The notes below the pieces were generated by a model. That model was given only the letters and a program-made list of their open reading frames with translations, searched no databases and was not told the DNA's origin. Source: the human T2T-CHM13v2.0 reference genome, Homo sapiens. From it: a DNA stretch of 64,000 nucleotides. The position numbers and the translations under genes were made by a program. Position 1 is the first letter of the stretch. Each line of letters begins with the position of its first letter. Location of the stretch: assembly GCA_009914755.4 (NCBI GenBank), contig CP068257.2, forward strand, positions 8,288,001 through 8,352,000, given 5' to 3'. This document shows positions 14,415 through 29,700 of the stretch, in pieces.

Positions 14415-14790
14415 TCAAAAGAAAGTTTCAACTCTGTGAGATGAACGCACACATCATAAAGTAGTTTCTCAGAATGTTTCTATCTAGTTTTTATGTGAAG
14501 ATATTTCCTTTTCCACCATAGGTCTCAAAGCGCTCCAAATGTTCACCTGCAGATTCTACAAAAAGAGTGTTTCTAAAATGCTCAATCCAAAGAAAGGTTC
14601 AAATATGTGAGATGAACGCACACATCACAAACAAGTTTCTCAGAATGCTTCTAGATAGTTTTTATATGAAGATATTTCCTTTTCTACCATAGGACACAAA
14701 GTGCTCTGAATGTCCACCTGAAGATTCTACAAAAACAGTGTTTCCAAACTGCTCAATCAAAAGAAAGATTCAACTCTGTAAGATGAACGC
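14415..14790 (-). repeat. Dispersed duplicate, copy B, 3227 bp downstream of copy A
   Basis: Matches 11190-11560 at about 98-99% by eye, far above the ~80-88% between ordinary neighbouring monomers. Sequence on either side of the two copies is not specifically similar. Confidence 0.85.
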
Positions 14791-14878
14791 AGACGTCCTG
14801 AACAAGTTTCACAGAATTCTTCTGTCTAGTTTTTATGTGAAAATATTTCCTTTTCCACCTTAGGCCTCAAATTGCTCC

Positions 14879-14916
14879 AAAAAAAAAAAAAAAAACAGAC
14901 ATTAAAAAAAAAAAAA
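14879..14916. repeat. A-rich patch replacing about 52 bp of a monomer: A15, cagacatt, A13
   Basis: ctccaaaaaaaaaaaaaaaacagacattaaaaaaaaaaaaagataggttcaactctgtgagttgaatgcacac. The expected monomer segment atgtccacttgcagattctacaaaaagag...gctcaatcaaaag is missing. Confidence 0.8.
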
Positions 14917-17900
14917 GATAGGTTCAACTCTGTGAGTTGAATGCACACATCACAAAGAAGTTTCTCAGATTGCTTCTGTCTAGATTTTATCTGAAGATAT
15001 TTCCTTTTCCATTAGAGGCTGCAAAGTGCTCCAAATATCCACTTGCAGATTCAACAAAAAGAGTTTTTCCAAACAGCTCTATCAAAAGAAACGTTCAACT
15101 CTGTGAGATGAATGCACACATCACAAAGAAGTTTATCAGACTGCTTTTGTCTACATTTTATGTGAAAATATTCCCTTTTCTAAAATGGGCCAAAAAGCCC
15201 TCCAAATGTCCACTTTCAGATTCCACAAAAAGAGTGTTTCAAAACTGCTCAATTAAATGTAAGATTCAATTCTGTGAGATGAATGAACACGTCACAAAGA
15301 AGTTTCTCAGAAATCTTCTGTCTAGTTTTTATGTGAAGATACTTCCTTTTCCACCATAAGCCTCAAGATGCTACAAATGTCCACTTGCAGATTCTACAAA
15401 AACCAGAGTTTCAAAACTTCTCAATCATAAGAAAGGTTCAACTCCATGAGATGAATGCACACATCAGAAAGAAGTTTCTGATTCCTTCTGTCTAGATTTC
15501 GTGGGAAGATATTTTCTTTTCTAACATGGGCCGCAAAGCGATCAAAATGTCCACTTGCAGACTCTACTAAAAGAGTGTTTCCAAACTGCTCAATCAAAAG
15601 AAAGGTTCAACTCTGTGAGATTAAATCACACATCACAAAGAAGTTTCTCAGAATTCTTTTGTCTAGTTTTTATGTGAAGATATTTCATTTTCGACCATAG
15701 GCCTCAAGGTGCTCGAAATGCCCACTTGCAGATACTACAAAAAGAATATTTCAAAACTGCTCAATCAAAAGAAAGGTTCAACTCTGTGAGATTAAATCAC
15801 ACATCACAAAGAAGCTTGTCAGAATTCTTCTATCTAGTTTTTATATGAAGATATTACCTTTTCCACCTTCGGCCTCAAAGCGCTCCACTACCAAATTCTA
15901 CAAAAAGAGAGTTTCAAAACTGCTCTATCAAAAGAAAGGTTTATCTCTGTGAGATGAATGCATACATCACAATGAAGTTTTTTCAGATTTCTTCTGTCTA
16001 GATTTTATGTGGAGATATTTCCTTTTCTACCATAGGCCACAAAGCAGTCCAAATATCCACTTGCAGATTGTACAAAAAGAGTGATTCCAAACTGCTCAAT
16101 CAAAATAAAGGTTCAACTCTGTGAGATAACTGCACGCATCACAAAGCAGTTTCTCAGAATTCTTCTGTATAGTTTTTATGTGAAGATATTTCATTTTCGA
16201 CCATAGGCCTCAAGGCACTCGAAATGCCCACTTGCAGATTCTACAAAAACAATATTTCAAAACTGGTCCATCAAAAGTAAGGTTCTACTCTGTGAGATGT
16301 ACACACACATCACAAAGAGGTGTTTCTGAATTTTTCTGTCCAGTTTTTATGTGAAGATATTACCTTTTCTACCATAGGACTCAAGGTGCTCCACTTGCAG
16401 ATTCTACAGAAAGAGAGTTTCAAAACAGCTCTATCAAAAGAAAGGTTTAATACTGTGAGATGAAAATATACATCATGGAGAAGTTTATCAGATTATTTCT
16501 GTTTAGATTTTGTGTGAAGATATTTCCTTTTTTACCAGAGTCCTCAAAGTGCTCCAAATATACACTTGCAGATTCTACAAAAAGAGTGTTTCTAAATAGC
16601 TCTATCAAAGGAAAGTTCAACTCTCTGAGATGAATGCACACATCGCAAAGAATTTTCTCAGAATTCTCTGTCTAGTTTTTACGTTCCTTTTCCACCATTG
16701 GCCTCAAAGCGCTATAAATGTCCACTTGAAGATTCTGCAAAAACGGAGTTTGAAAACTGCTCAATCAAAACAAAGTTTTAAATCTGTGAGATGAATGCAC
16801 ACATCACAAAGAAATTTCTCTGATTGCTTCTGTCTAGATGTTATGTGAAGATATTTGCTTTTCTACCATAGGCCACAAGGCACTCCCAATGTCCAATTGC
16901 AGTTTCTACAAAGAGTATTTACAAACTGCTCAATCAAAAGAAAGTTTCAACCCTGTTAGATGAATGCACACATCACAAAAAACTTTCTCAGAATTCTTCT
17001 GTCTACTTTTTATGTGAAGATATTTCCTTTTCTACCATAGGCCGCAAAACGCTCCAAATGTCCACTTGCAGATTCTACAAAAAGTGTTTCCAAACTGCTC
17101 AATCAAAAGAAAGTTTCAACTCTGTGAGATGAACGCACACATCACAAAGAAGTTTCTCAGGTTGCTTCTGTCTAGATTTTATGTGAAGATATTTCCTTTT
17201 CTTACATAGGCCAAAAAGCACTCCAAATGTCCACTTGCAGATCCTACAAAAAGAGAGTTTCAAAACTGCTCTGTCAAAAGAAAGGTTTAAATCTGTGAGA
17301 TGAATGCACACATCACAAAGAAGTTCCTCAGGTTGCTTCTGTCTAGTATTTATGTGAAGATATTTCCTTTTCTACCATGGGCTGCAAAGTAATCTAAATG
17401 TCTACTTGCACATTCCACAAAAAGTGAGTTTCAAATCTGCACTATCAAAAGAAAAAGTTTAACTCTGAGAGATGAATGCCCACATCACAAAGAAGTTTCT
17501 CAGATGGCTTCTGTCTAGATTTTATATAAAGATATTTCCTTTTCTACAATAAGCCACAAAGCGCTCCAAATGTCCACTTGCAGATACTACAAAAAGAGTG
17601 TTTCCATACTGCTCAATCGAAAGAAAATTTCAACTCTGTAAGATGAACGCACACCTCACGAAGTAGTTTCTGAAATTTCTTCTGTATAGGTTTTATGTGA
17701 AGATATTTCGTTTTCCACCATAGGCCTCAAGGCATTTCAAATATACAGTTGCAGATTCTACAATAAGGGAGTTTCAAAACTGCTCAATCATAAGTAAGGT
17801 TTAACTCTGTGAGATGAACACACACGTCACAAAGAAGTTTCTCAGATTGCTTCTGTCAATATTTTATGTGAAGATTTTTCCTTTTCTACCATAGGCCGCA

Positions 17901-19741
17901 AAGCTCTCCAAATGTCCACTAGCAGATTCTACAAAAAGAGTGTTTCCAAACTGCTCAATCAAAAGAAAGTTTCAACTCTGTGAGATGAATGCTCTACCTT
18001 ACAAAGGAGTTTCTCAGAATTCTTCTGCCTGGTTTTTATGTGAAGATATTTCTTTTTCCACAATAGGCTTCTAAGTGCTCCAAATGTCCACTTTCATATT
18101 CTACAAAAAGAGAGTTTCAAAACTCCTCAATCAAAAGAAAGCTTTACCTCTTTGAGTTGAATGCTCACATCACAAAGAAGTTTCTCAGATTGCTTCTGTC
18201 TAGATTTTATTTGAAGATATTTCCTTTTCTGCCATAGGCCACAAAGTTCTCCAAATGTCCACTTGCAGATTCTACAAAAAGAGTGTTTCCTTACTGCTCA
18301 ATCTAAAGAAAGGTTCAGCATTGTGAAATGAACACACACATCACAAAGAAGTTTCTCCGAATTCTACTGTCTAGTTTTTATGTGAAGATATTTCCTTTTC
18401 CACCATTGGCCACAAAGCGCTCCTGATGTCCATTTGCGGATTCAACCAAAAGAGATATTCAAAACTGCTCAAACAAAAGAAAATTTTATCTCTGTGAGAT
18501 GAATACACCCATCACAAAGAAGTTTCTCAGATTGCTTCTGTCTAGATTTTATGTGAAGATATTTCCCTTTCTACCATAGGCCGCATTGCGCTCCGTATGT
18601 CTACTTGCAGATCCTACAAAAAGAGGGTTTCCGAACTGCTCAATCTAAAGCATGGTTCAACTCTATGAGATGAACGCACACATCACAAAGAAGTTTCTCA
18701 GAATTCTTCTATCTAGTTCTTATGGGAAGATATTTCCTTTTCCACCATAGGCCACCTAGTGCTCCAAATGTCTACTTGCAGATTCTACAAAAAGAGAGTT
18801 TCAAAACTGCTCAATCAAAAAAAAATTTTAACTATGTGACATGAATGCACACATCACAAAGTAGTTTCTCAGATTGCTTCTGTCTGGAATTTATGTGAAC
18901 ATATTACCTTTTCTACAATAGGCCGCAAAGCGCTCCAAATGTCCACTTGCAGATTCTACAAAAAGAGTGATTCCAAACTGCTCAATCAAAAGAAAGGTTC
19001 AAATCTGTGATATGAATGCAGATATCACAAAGAAGTTTCTCAGAATTCTTCTGTATGGTTTTTATGTGAAGATATTACCTTTTCCACCATGGGCCTCAAA
19101 GCACTTCCAATGTACACTTGCAGATTCCACAAAAGGGAGTTTCTAAACTGCTGAATCAAAAGGAAGTTTTAACTGTGTGAGATGAATGCACACATCACAA
19201 AGAAGTTTCTGAGACTTCTTCTGTCTAGGTTTCATGTGAAAATAGTTCCGTTTTTACCATAGGCCACAGAGCGCTTCAAATGTGCACTTGAAGATTCTAC
19301 ATTAACAGTGTTTCCAAACTGCTCCATCAAAAGAGAGGTTCAACTCTGTGAAATGAACGCACACATCACAAAGAAGTATGTCGGAATTCTTCAGTCTAGT
19401 TTTTATGTTGAAGATACTACCTTTTCCACCATAGGCCTCAAAGCACTCCAATGTACACTTGCAGATTCTACAAAAAGAGAGTTTCAAAACTGCTTTATCA
19501 AAAGAAAGGTTTAACTCTGTGATATGAATGCATATATTACAAAGAAGTTTCTCAGATTTCTTCTGTCTAAATTTGATGTGAAGATATTTCCTTTTCTACC
19601 ATTGGCTACAAAGTGATCCAAATGTCCACTTGCAGATTCTACAAAAAGAGTGTTTCCTAACTGCTCAATCAAAAGAAAGGTTGAACTCGGTGAGGTGAAC
19701 GCACACATCCCAACAAAGTTTCTCAGAATTTTTCTGTCTAG

Positions 19742-20019
19742 TTTTTTTTTTTTTAAGAGCAGTTTGGGTTTTATTTCTTTTTTTATGTTCATAGAAGTAT
19801 TTATTTATTTATTTATTATACTTTAAGTTTTAGGGTACATGTGCACAATGTTCAGGTCAGTTACATATGTATACATGTGACATGCTGGTTCGCTGCACCC
19901 ACTAACTCACCATCTAGCATTAGGTATATCTCCCAATGCTATCCCTCCCCCCTCTCCCCACCCCACAACAGTACCCAGAGTGTGATGTTCCCCTTCCTGT
20001 GTCCATGTGTTCTCATTGT
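19742..20019 (-). other. L1 copy 1 3'UTR and poly(A) tail, with (TTTA)n and an extra ~43 bp between the canonical 3' end and the A13 run
   Basis: Reading the minus strand: ...gcacatgtaccctaaaacttaaagtataataaataaataaataaata, then cttctatgaacataaaaaaagaaataaaacccaaactgctctt, then A13. The ORF2 stop lies at about 20020. Confidence 0.8.
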
Positions 20020-23841
<3,822 letters not shown>

Positions 23842-23901
23842 GATGTTAGCTGGTTATTTTGCTCGTTAGTTGATGCAGTTTTTTCCTAGTCTCGAAGGTC
23901 T

Positions 23902-24920
23902 TTACATTTTGGTATGATTTTGCAGCGGGCTGGTACCAATTGTTCCTCTTCATGTTTAGTGCTTCCTTCAGGAGCTCTTTTAGGGCAGGCCTGGTGGTGA
24001 CAAAATCTCTCAGCATTTGCTTGTCTGTAAAGTATTTTATTTCTCCTTCACTTATGAAGTTAATTTGTCTGGATATGAAATTCTGGGTTGAAAATTCTTT
24101 TCTTTAAGAATGTTGAATATTGGTCCCCACTCTCTTCTGGCTTGTAGAGTTTCTGCAGAGGGATCTGCTGTTAGTCTAATGGGCTTTCCTTTGAGGGTAA
24201 CCCGACCTTTCTCTTTCGCTGCCCTTAACATTTTTTCCTTCATTTCAACTTTGGTGAATCTGACAATTATGTGTCTTGGAGTTGCTCATCTCGAGGAGTA
24301 TCTTTGTGGCATTCTCTGTTTTTCCTGAATCTGATTGTTGGCCTGCCTCGCTAGATTGGGGAAGTTCTCCTGGATAATAACCTGCAGAGTGTTTTCCAAC
24401 TTGGTTCTATTCTCCCCGTCACTTTCAGGTACAACAATCAGACGTAGATTTGGTCTTTTCTCATAGTCCCATATTTCCTGGAGGCTTTGCTCGTTTCTTT
24501 TTATTCTTTTTTCTCTAAACTTCCCATCTCGCTTCATTTCATTCACTTCATCTTCCATTGCTGATACCCTTTCTTCCAGTTGATCGCATTGGCTCCTGAG
24601 GCTTCTGCATTCTTCATGTACTTCTCGAGCCTTGGCTTTCAGCTCCATCAGCTCCTTTAAGCACTTCTCTGTATTTGTTATTCTAGTTATACATCCCTCT
24701 AAATTTTTTTCAACGTTTTCAACTTCTTTGCCTTTGGTTTGAGTGTTCTGCAGCTCGGAGTAGTTTGATCATCTGAAGCCTTCTTCTCTCTGCTAGTCAA
24801 AGTCATTCTCCATCCAGCTTTGTTCCATTGCTGATGAGGAACTGCGTTCCTTTGGAGGAGGAGAGGCACTCTACTTTTTAGAGTTTCCAGTTTTTCTGCT
24901 CTGATTTTTCCCCATCTTTG
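23902..24920 (-). pseudogene. L1 ORF1 remnant (RNA-binding chaperone ORF1p), disrupted
   Basis: The minus-strand start ATG sits in ...ccaaaagtagataaaaccacaaagATGggg (reverse complement of 24911-24940). Pieces at 24286-24648 (MELKAKAREVHEECRSLRSQCDQLEERVSAMEDEVNEMK...RIKRNEQSLQEIWDY...) and 24052-24243 (MKEKMLRAAKEKGRVTLKGKPIRLTADPSAETLQARREWGPIFNILKEKNFQPRISYPDKL) are in different frames. Confidence 0.85.
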
Positions 24921-25821
24921 TGGTTTTATCTACTTTTGGTCTTTGATGATGGTGATGTACTGATGGGTTTTTGTTGTGGATGTCCTTTCTGTTTGTTAGT
25001 TTTCCTTCTAACAAACAGAACCCTCAGCTGCACGTCTGTTGGAGTACCTGGCCGTGTGAGGTGTCAGTCTGCCCCTGCTGGGTGGTGCCTCCCAGTTAGG
25101 CTGCTCTGGGTTCAGGGGTCAGGGCCTCACTTGAGGTGGCAGTCTGCCCATTCTCAGATCTCCAGCTGCATGCTGGGAGAACCACTGCTCTCTTGAAAGC
25201 TGTCAGACAGGGACATTTAAGTATGCAGAGGTTACTGCTGTCTTTTTGTTTGTCTGTGTCCTGTCCCCAGAGGCGGAGCCTACAGAGGCAGGCAGGCCTC
25301 CTTAAGTTGTGGTGGGCTCCACCCAGTTCCAGCTTCCTGGCTGCTTTGTTTACCTAAGCAAGCTTGGGCAATGGCGGTGCCCCTTCCCCAGCCTCGCTGT
25401 CTCCTTGTAGTTTGATCTCAGACAGCTGTGCTAGCAATCAGCAAGACTCTATGTGTGTAGGACCCTCTGAGCCAGGTGTGGGATATAATCTCCTCATGTG
25501 CAATTTTTTATGTCCGTGGGAAAAGCACAGTATACGGGTGGGAGTGACCCGATTTTCCAGGTGCTGTCTGTCAACCCTTTCTTTGACTAGGAAAGGGAAC
25601 TCCCTGACCCCTAGTGCTTCCCGAGTGAGGCAATGCCTTGGCCTGCTTCGGCTCTTGCATGGTGTGTGCACCCACTGACCTGCTCCCACTGTCTGGCACT
25701 CACTAGTGAGACGAACCCGGTACCTCAGATGGAAATGCAGGAATCACCCATCTTCTGCGTCGCTCATGCCGGGAGCTGTGGACTGGAGCTATTCCTATTC
25801 GGTCATCTTGGTTCCTCTCCC
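24921..25821 (-). promoter_or_regulatory. L1 5'UTR (internal Pol II promoter region) of copy 1, CpG-decayed
   Basis: The reverse complement begins gggagaggaaccaagatgaccgaataggaatagctccagtccacagctcccggcatgagcgacgcagaagatgggtgattcctgcatttccatctgaggtaccgggttcgtctcactagtgagtgccagacagtgggagcagg. The YY1-box region caagatgGCCg reads caagatgaccg here. There are many CpG-to-TpG/CpA changes. Confidence 0.75.
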
Positions 25822-26700
25822 GGAACACTCTCTTTGTAGAATCTGCAAGTGGACATTTGGAGCGCTTTGAGGCCTATGGTGGATAACAAAATATCTTCAT
25901 ATGATAACTTGACAGAAGCATTCTAAGAAACTTCTTTGTGATGTATGTACTCGTCCCACAGAGTTGAACCTTTCTATTGATTTAGCAGTCTGGAAGCACT
26001 CTTTTTGTAAAATCTGCAAGTGGACATTTTGTGCACTTTTAGGCCTATGGTAAAAAGGAAATATCTTCACATAAAAACCAGACAGAAGCATTTTGACAAC
26101 CTTCTTTGCAATATGTGCATTCGTATCACAGAGTTGAGCCTTAATTTGATTTAGCAGTTTTGAAGCACCCTTTTGATAATACCTGTGATTGGACATTTGG
26201 AGTGCTTTGATGCCTTTGGTGGAAAAGGAAATATCTTCACATAAGAACTAGACAGACGCATTCTGACAAACTTCTTTGTGATGTGTGCATTCATCTCAGA
26301 GAGTTGAACATTTATTTTGATTGAACAGCTTTGAAAACCTCTTTTGTGGAATCTGCAAGTGGACATTGGGAGTGCTTTGAGGCCTATGGTAGAAAAGGAA
26401 ATATCTTCACATAAAAACTAGACAGAAGCATTCTGACAAACATCTTTGTGATGTGTGCATTCATCTCACAGAGTTGAACCTAACTTTTGATTGAGCAGTT
26501 TGGAAACACTCTTTTTGTAGAATCTACAAGTGGACATTTAGAGTGCTTTGAGGCCTATGGTGGATAAAGAAATATCATCACACAAAATATAGACAGAAGC
26601 AATCTTGGAAATTTATTTGTGATGTGTGCATTCATCTCACAGAGTTAAACCTTTCTTTTGATTGAGCAGTTTTGAAACACTCTTTCTGTAGAATCTGCAA
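25822..26700 (+). repeat. Alpha satellite, plus orientation, class Y (about 5 monomers), the 5' flank of L1 copy 1
   Basis: Begins ggaacactctctttgtagaatctgcaagtggacatttggagcgctttgaggcctatggtggataacaaaatatcttcatatgataacttgacagaagc. Monomers carry gtggacatt and [a/t]ctagacagaagc. Unusual variants (ctgtgattggacatttgg, ggtggataa) are shared with the paralogous flank at 52450-53606. Confidence 0.92.
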
Positions 26701-29700
26701 GTGGATATTCGGAGTGCTTTGTGGCCTATGGTGGAAAAGGTAATATCTTCACATAAAAACTACGCAGAAGCATTCTAAGAAAGTTCTTTGTGATGTGTGC
26801 ATTCAACTCTAAGATTTGAACCTATCTTTTGACTGGGCAGTTTTGAAACACTCTTTTTGTAGAATCTGCAAGGGGATATTTAGAGCGATTCGAGGCCTAT
26901 TGTGGAAAAGGAAATATCTTCACATAAAAACTACAGAAAAGCATTCTACGAAAGTTCTTTGTGATGTGTGCATTCAATTCTCAGAGTTGAACCTATCTTT
27001 TGATAGAGCAGTTTTGAAACTCTCTTTTTGTAGAATTTGCAAGTGGATATTTGGATTCCTTTGTGGCCTACGGTGGAAAAGGAAATATCTTAACATAAAA
27101 ACTACACAGAAGCATTCTGAGAAACTACCTTGTGATGTGTGAATTCACATCACAGTGTTTAACATTTCTTTTGATTGTGCAGTTTGGAAACACTCTTTTA
27201 CTAGTATCTGCAAGTGGATATTTCGAGCCCTTGTAGGCCTATTGTGGAAAAGGAAATATCTTCACATAAAAACTACACAGAAGCATTTTGAGAAACTCCT
27301 GTGTGATGTGTGAATTCATCTTACAGACTTGAACCTGTCTTTTGATTGAGCAGTTTTGAAACACTCTTTTTATAGACTCTGCAAGTGGATATTTGCATCA
27401 CTTTGAGGCCTATGGTGGAAAAGGAAATATCTTCCCAAAAAACCTACACAGAAGCATTCTCAGAAACTTCTTTGTGATGTGTGCATTCATCTTACAGAGT
27501 TGAAACTTTCTTTTGATTGAGCAGTTTAGAAACACTCTTTCATAGAATCTGCAAGTGGATACTTGGAGCGTTTTGAGGCCCATGGTGGAAAAGGAAATAT
27601 CTTCCCATAAAAACTACAAAGAAGCATTCTGAGAAACTTCTTTATGATATGTGCATTGAACGCAAAGAGTTGAACCTATCTTCTGATACAGCAATTTTTA
27701 AAATCACTTTTTATAGAATCTGGAAGTGGATATTTGGAGCGTTTTGTATCCTATGGTGGAAAAGGAAATATCTTTCCATAAATGCTACACAGAAGTATTC
27801 GGAGTAACTACTTTGTGATGTGTGCATTCAACTCATAGAGCTGAACCTATCTTTTGATAGAGCAGTTTTGAAAATCTCTTTTTGTAGAATCAGCAAGTGC
27901 ATATTTGGAAACCTTTGCAGGCTATGGTGGAAAACTAAATATCTTCTTATAAAAACTTCACAGAAGCATTCTGAGAAACTTTTTTGTGATGTATGCATTC
28001 ATCTCATGGAGTTGAACCTCTCTTTCAATTGAGAAGTTTGGAAACACTCTTTTTGTGGAATCTGCAAATGGATATATGGAGGGCTTGAGGCCTATTGTGG
28101 AAAAGGAAATATCTTCCCATGAAAACTACACAGAGGCATTCTGAGAAACTTCCTTGTGAGGTGTACATTCAACTCACCGATTTGAACCTTTCTTTGGATT
28201 TAGCAGTTTGGAAACACTCTTTTTGTAGAATCTGCAAGTAGTTATTTTGATCGATTTGGAGCCTATGTGGGAAAGGAAATATCTTCACATAAAAACTACA
28301 CAGAAATATTCTGAGAAATTTCTTTGTGATGTGTGCATTCACCTCACAGAGTTGAGCCTATCCTTTGATAAAGTAGTTTTGAAACTCTCTTTTTGTAGGA
28401 TCTGCAAGTGGATATTTGGAGCCTTTTGCATCCTACGTAGGAAAAGCAAATATCTTCACATAAAAACTACACAGAATCATTCTGAGAAACTTCTTTGTGA
28501 TGTGTGCATTCAACTCACAGAGATGAACTTTTCTTTTGATAGAGCAGTTTTCAAACTCTCTCTTTGTAGAATCTGCAAGTGGATATTTGGAGCCCTTTGC
28601 AGCCTAGGTAGGAAAAGGAAATATTTTCACATCAAAACTACATAGAAGCATTCTGAAAAACTTCTTTGTGATGTGTGCATTCAGCTCACAGAGTTGAACT
28701 TATCTTTTCACAGAGCAGGTTTAGAACTCTCCTTTTGTATAATCTGGAAGTAGATATTTGGAGGGCTTTGAGGCCTGTGGTGGAAAAGGAAATATCTTCA
28801 GATAAAAACTACACATAAGCATTCTGAGAAAGTTCTCTGTTATGTGTGCATACGTCTCACAGAGTTGAAGATATCTTTTACATATAGCAGTTTTGAAAAT
28901 TTCTTTTTGTAGAATCTGCAAGTGGATATTTGGAGTCCTTTGCAGCCTACGGTGGAAAACGAAATATCTTCACATAAAAACTACACAGAAGCCTTCTGAG
29001 AAACTTCTTTGTGATGTGTCCACTCATCTCACAGAGTTGAACCTTTCATTTGATAGAGCGGTTTTGAAACACTTTTTTTGCAGAATCTACAAGTGGATAT
29101 TGGGAACGCATTGAGGCTTATGGTGGAAAAGGAACTATCTTCACATAAAAACTACACAGAAGCATTCTGAGAAACTTCTTTGTGATGTGTGCATTCATCT
29201 CACAGAGATGAACCTATCTTTTCATAGAGCAGTTTTGAAACTCTCTTTCTGTAGAATCTGCGACTGGATATTTGGAGCCCTTAGCGGCCTATGGTGGAAA
29301 AGGAATTATCTTCACATAAAAACTACACAGTATCATTCTGAGAAACTTGTTTGTGATGTGTGCATTCATCTCACAGATTTGAACCCTTCCATCTTTTGAG
29401 CAGTTTGTACACCCTCTTTTTGTAAAATCTACAAGTGGATATATGGAGCGCTTTGAGGCCTATTGTGGAAAAGGAAATACCTTCACATAAAAACTACACA
29501 GAAGCATTCTGAGAAACTTCTTTTTGACGTGTGCATTCATCTCACAGAGTTGAACATTTCATGTGATTGAGCAGCTTTGAAACACTCTTTTTGTAAAATC
29601 TGCAAGTGGGTATTTGCAGCACTTTGAGGCCTATTTTGGAAAAGGAAATATCTTCCCATAAAAACTACATAGAAACATTCTCAGAAACTTCTTTGTGTTA

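Larger units (their letters stand above)
9351..19741 (-). repeat. Alpha satellite, minus orientation, class Y, dimeric (alternating two monomer types)
   Basis: Monomers alternate between ...gattgcttctgtctagattttatgtgaag...ttttctaccataggc and ...gaattcttctgtctagtttttatgtgaag...ttttccaccataggcctcaaagc. Class Y markers are ctgtctag and aaatgtccacttgcag. About 60 monomers. The block ends at ctgtctag immediately before the poly-T tail of the L1. Confidence 0.93.

Noticed and set aside
11190-14790. A 19-monomer (about 3.2-kb) higher-order repeat in the Y(-) block
   Set aside because: Only about 370 bp is shared at high identity. Monomers flanking the two copies, for example 9541-9700 compared with 12770-12930, are no more similar than random monomers of the same class.
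19756-19820. The (TTTA)n / T-rich microsatellite as an independent simple-repeat locus
   Set aside because: It is part of the A/T-rich 3' tail of L1 copy 1 on the opposite strand.
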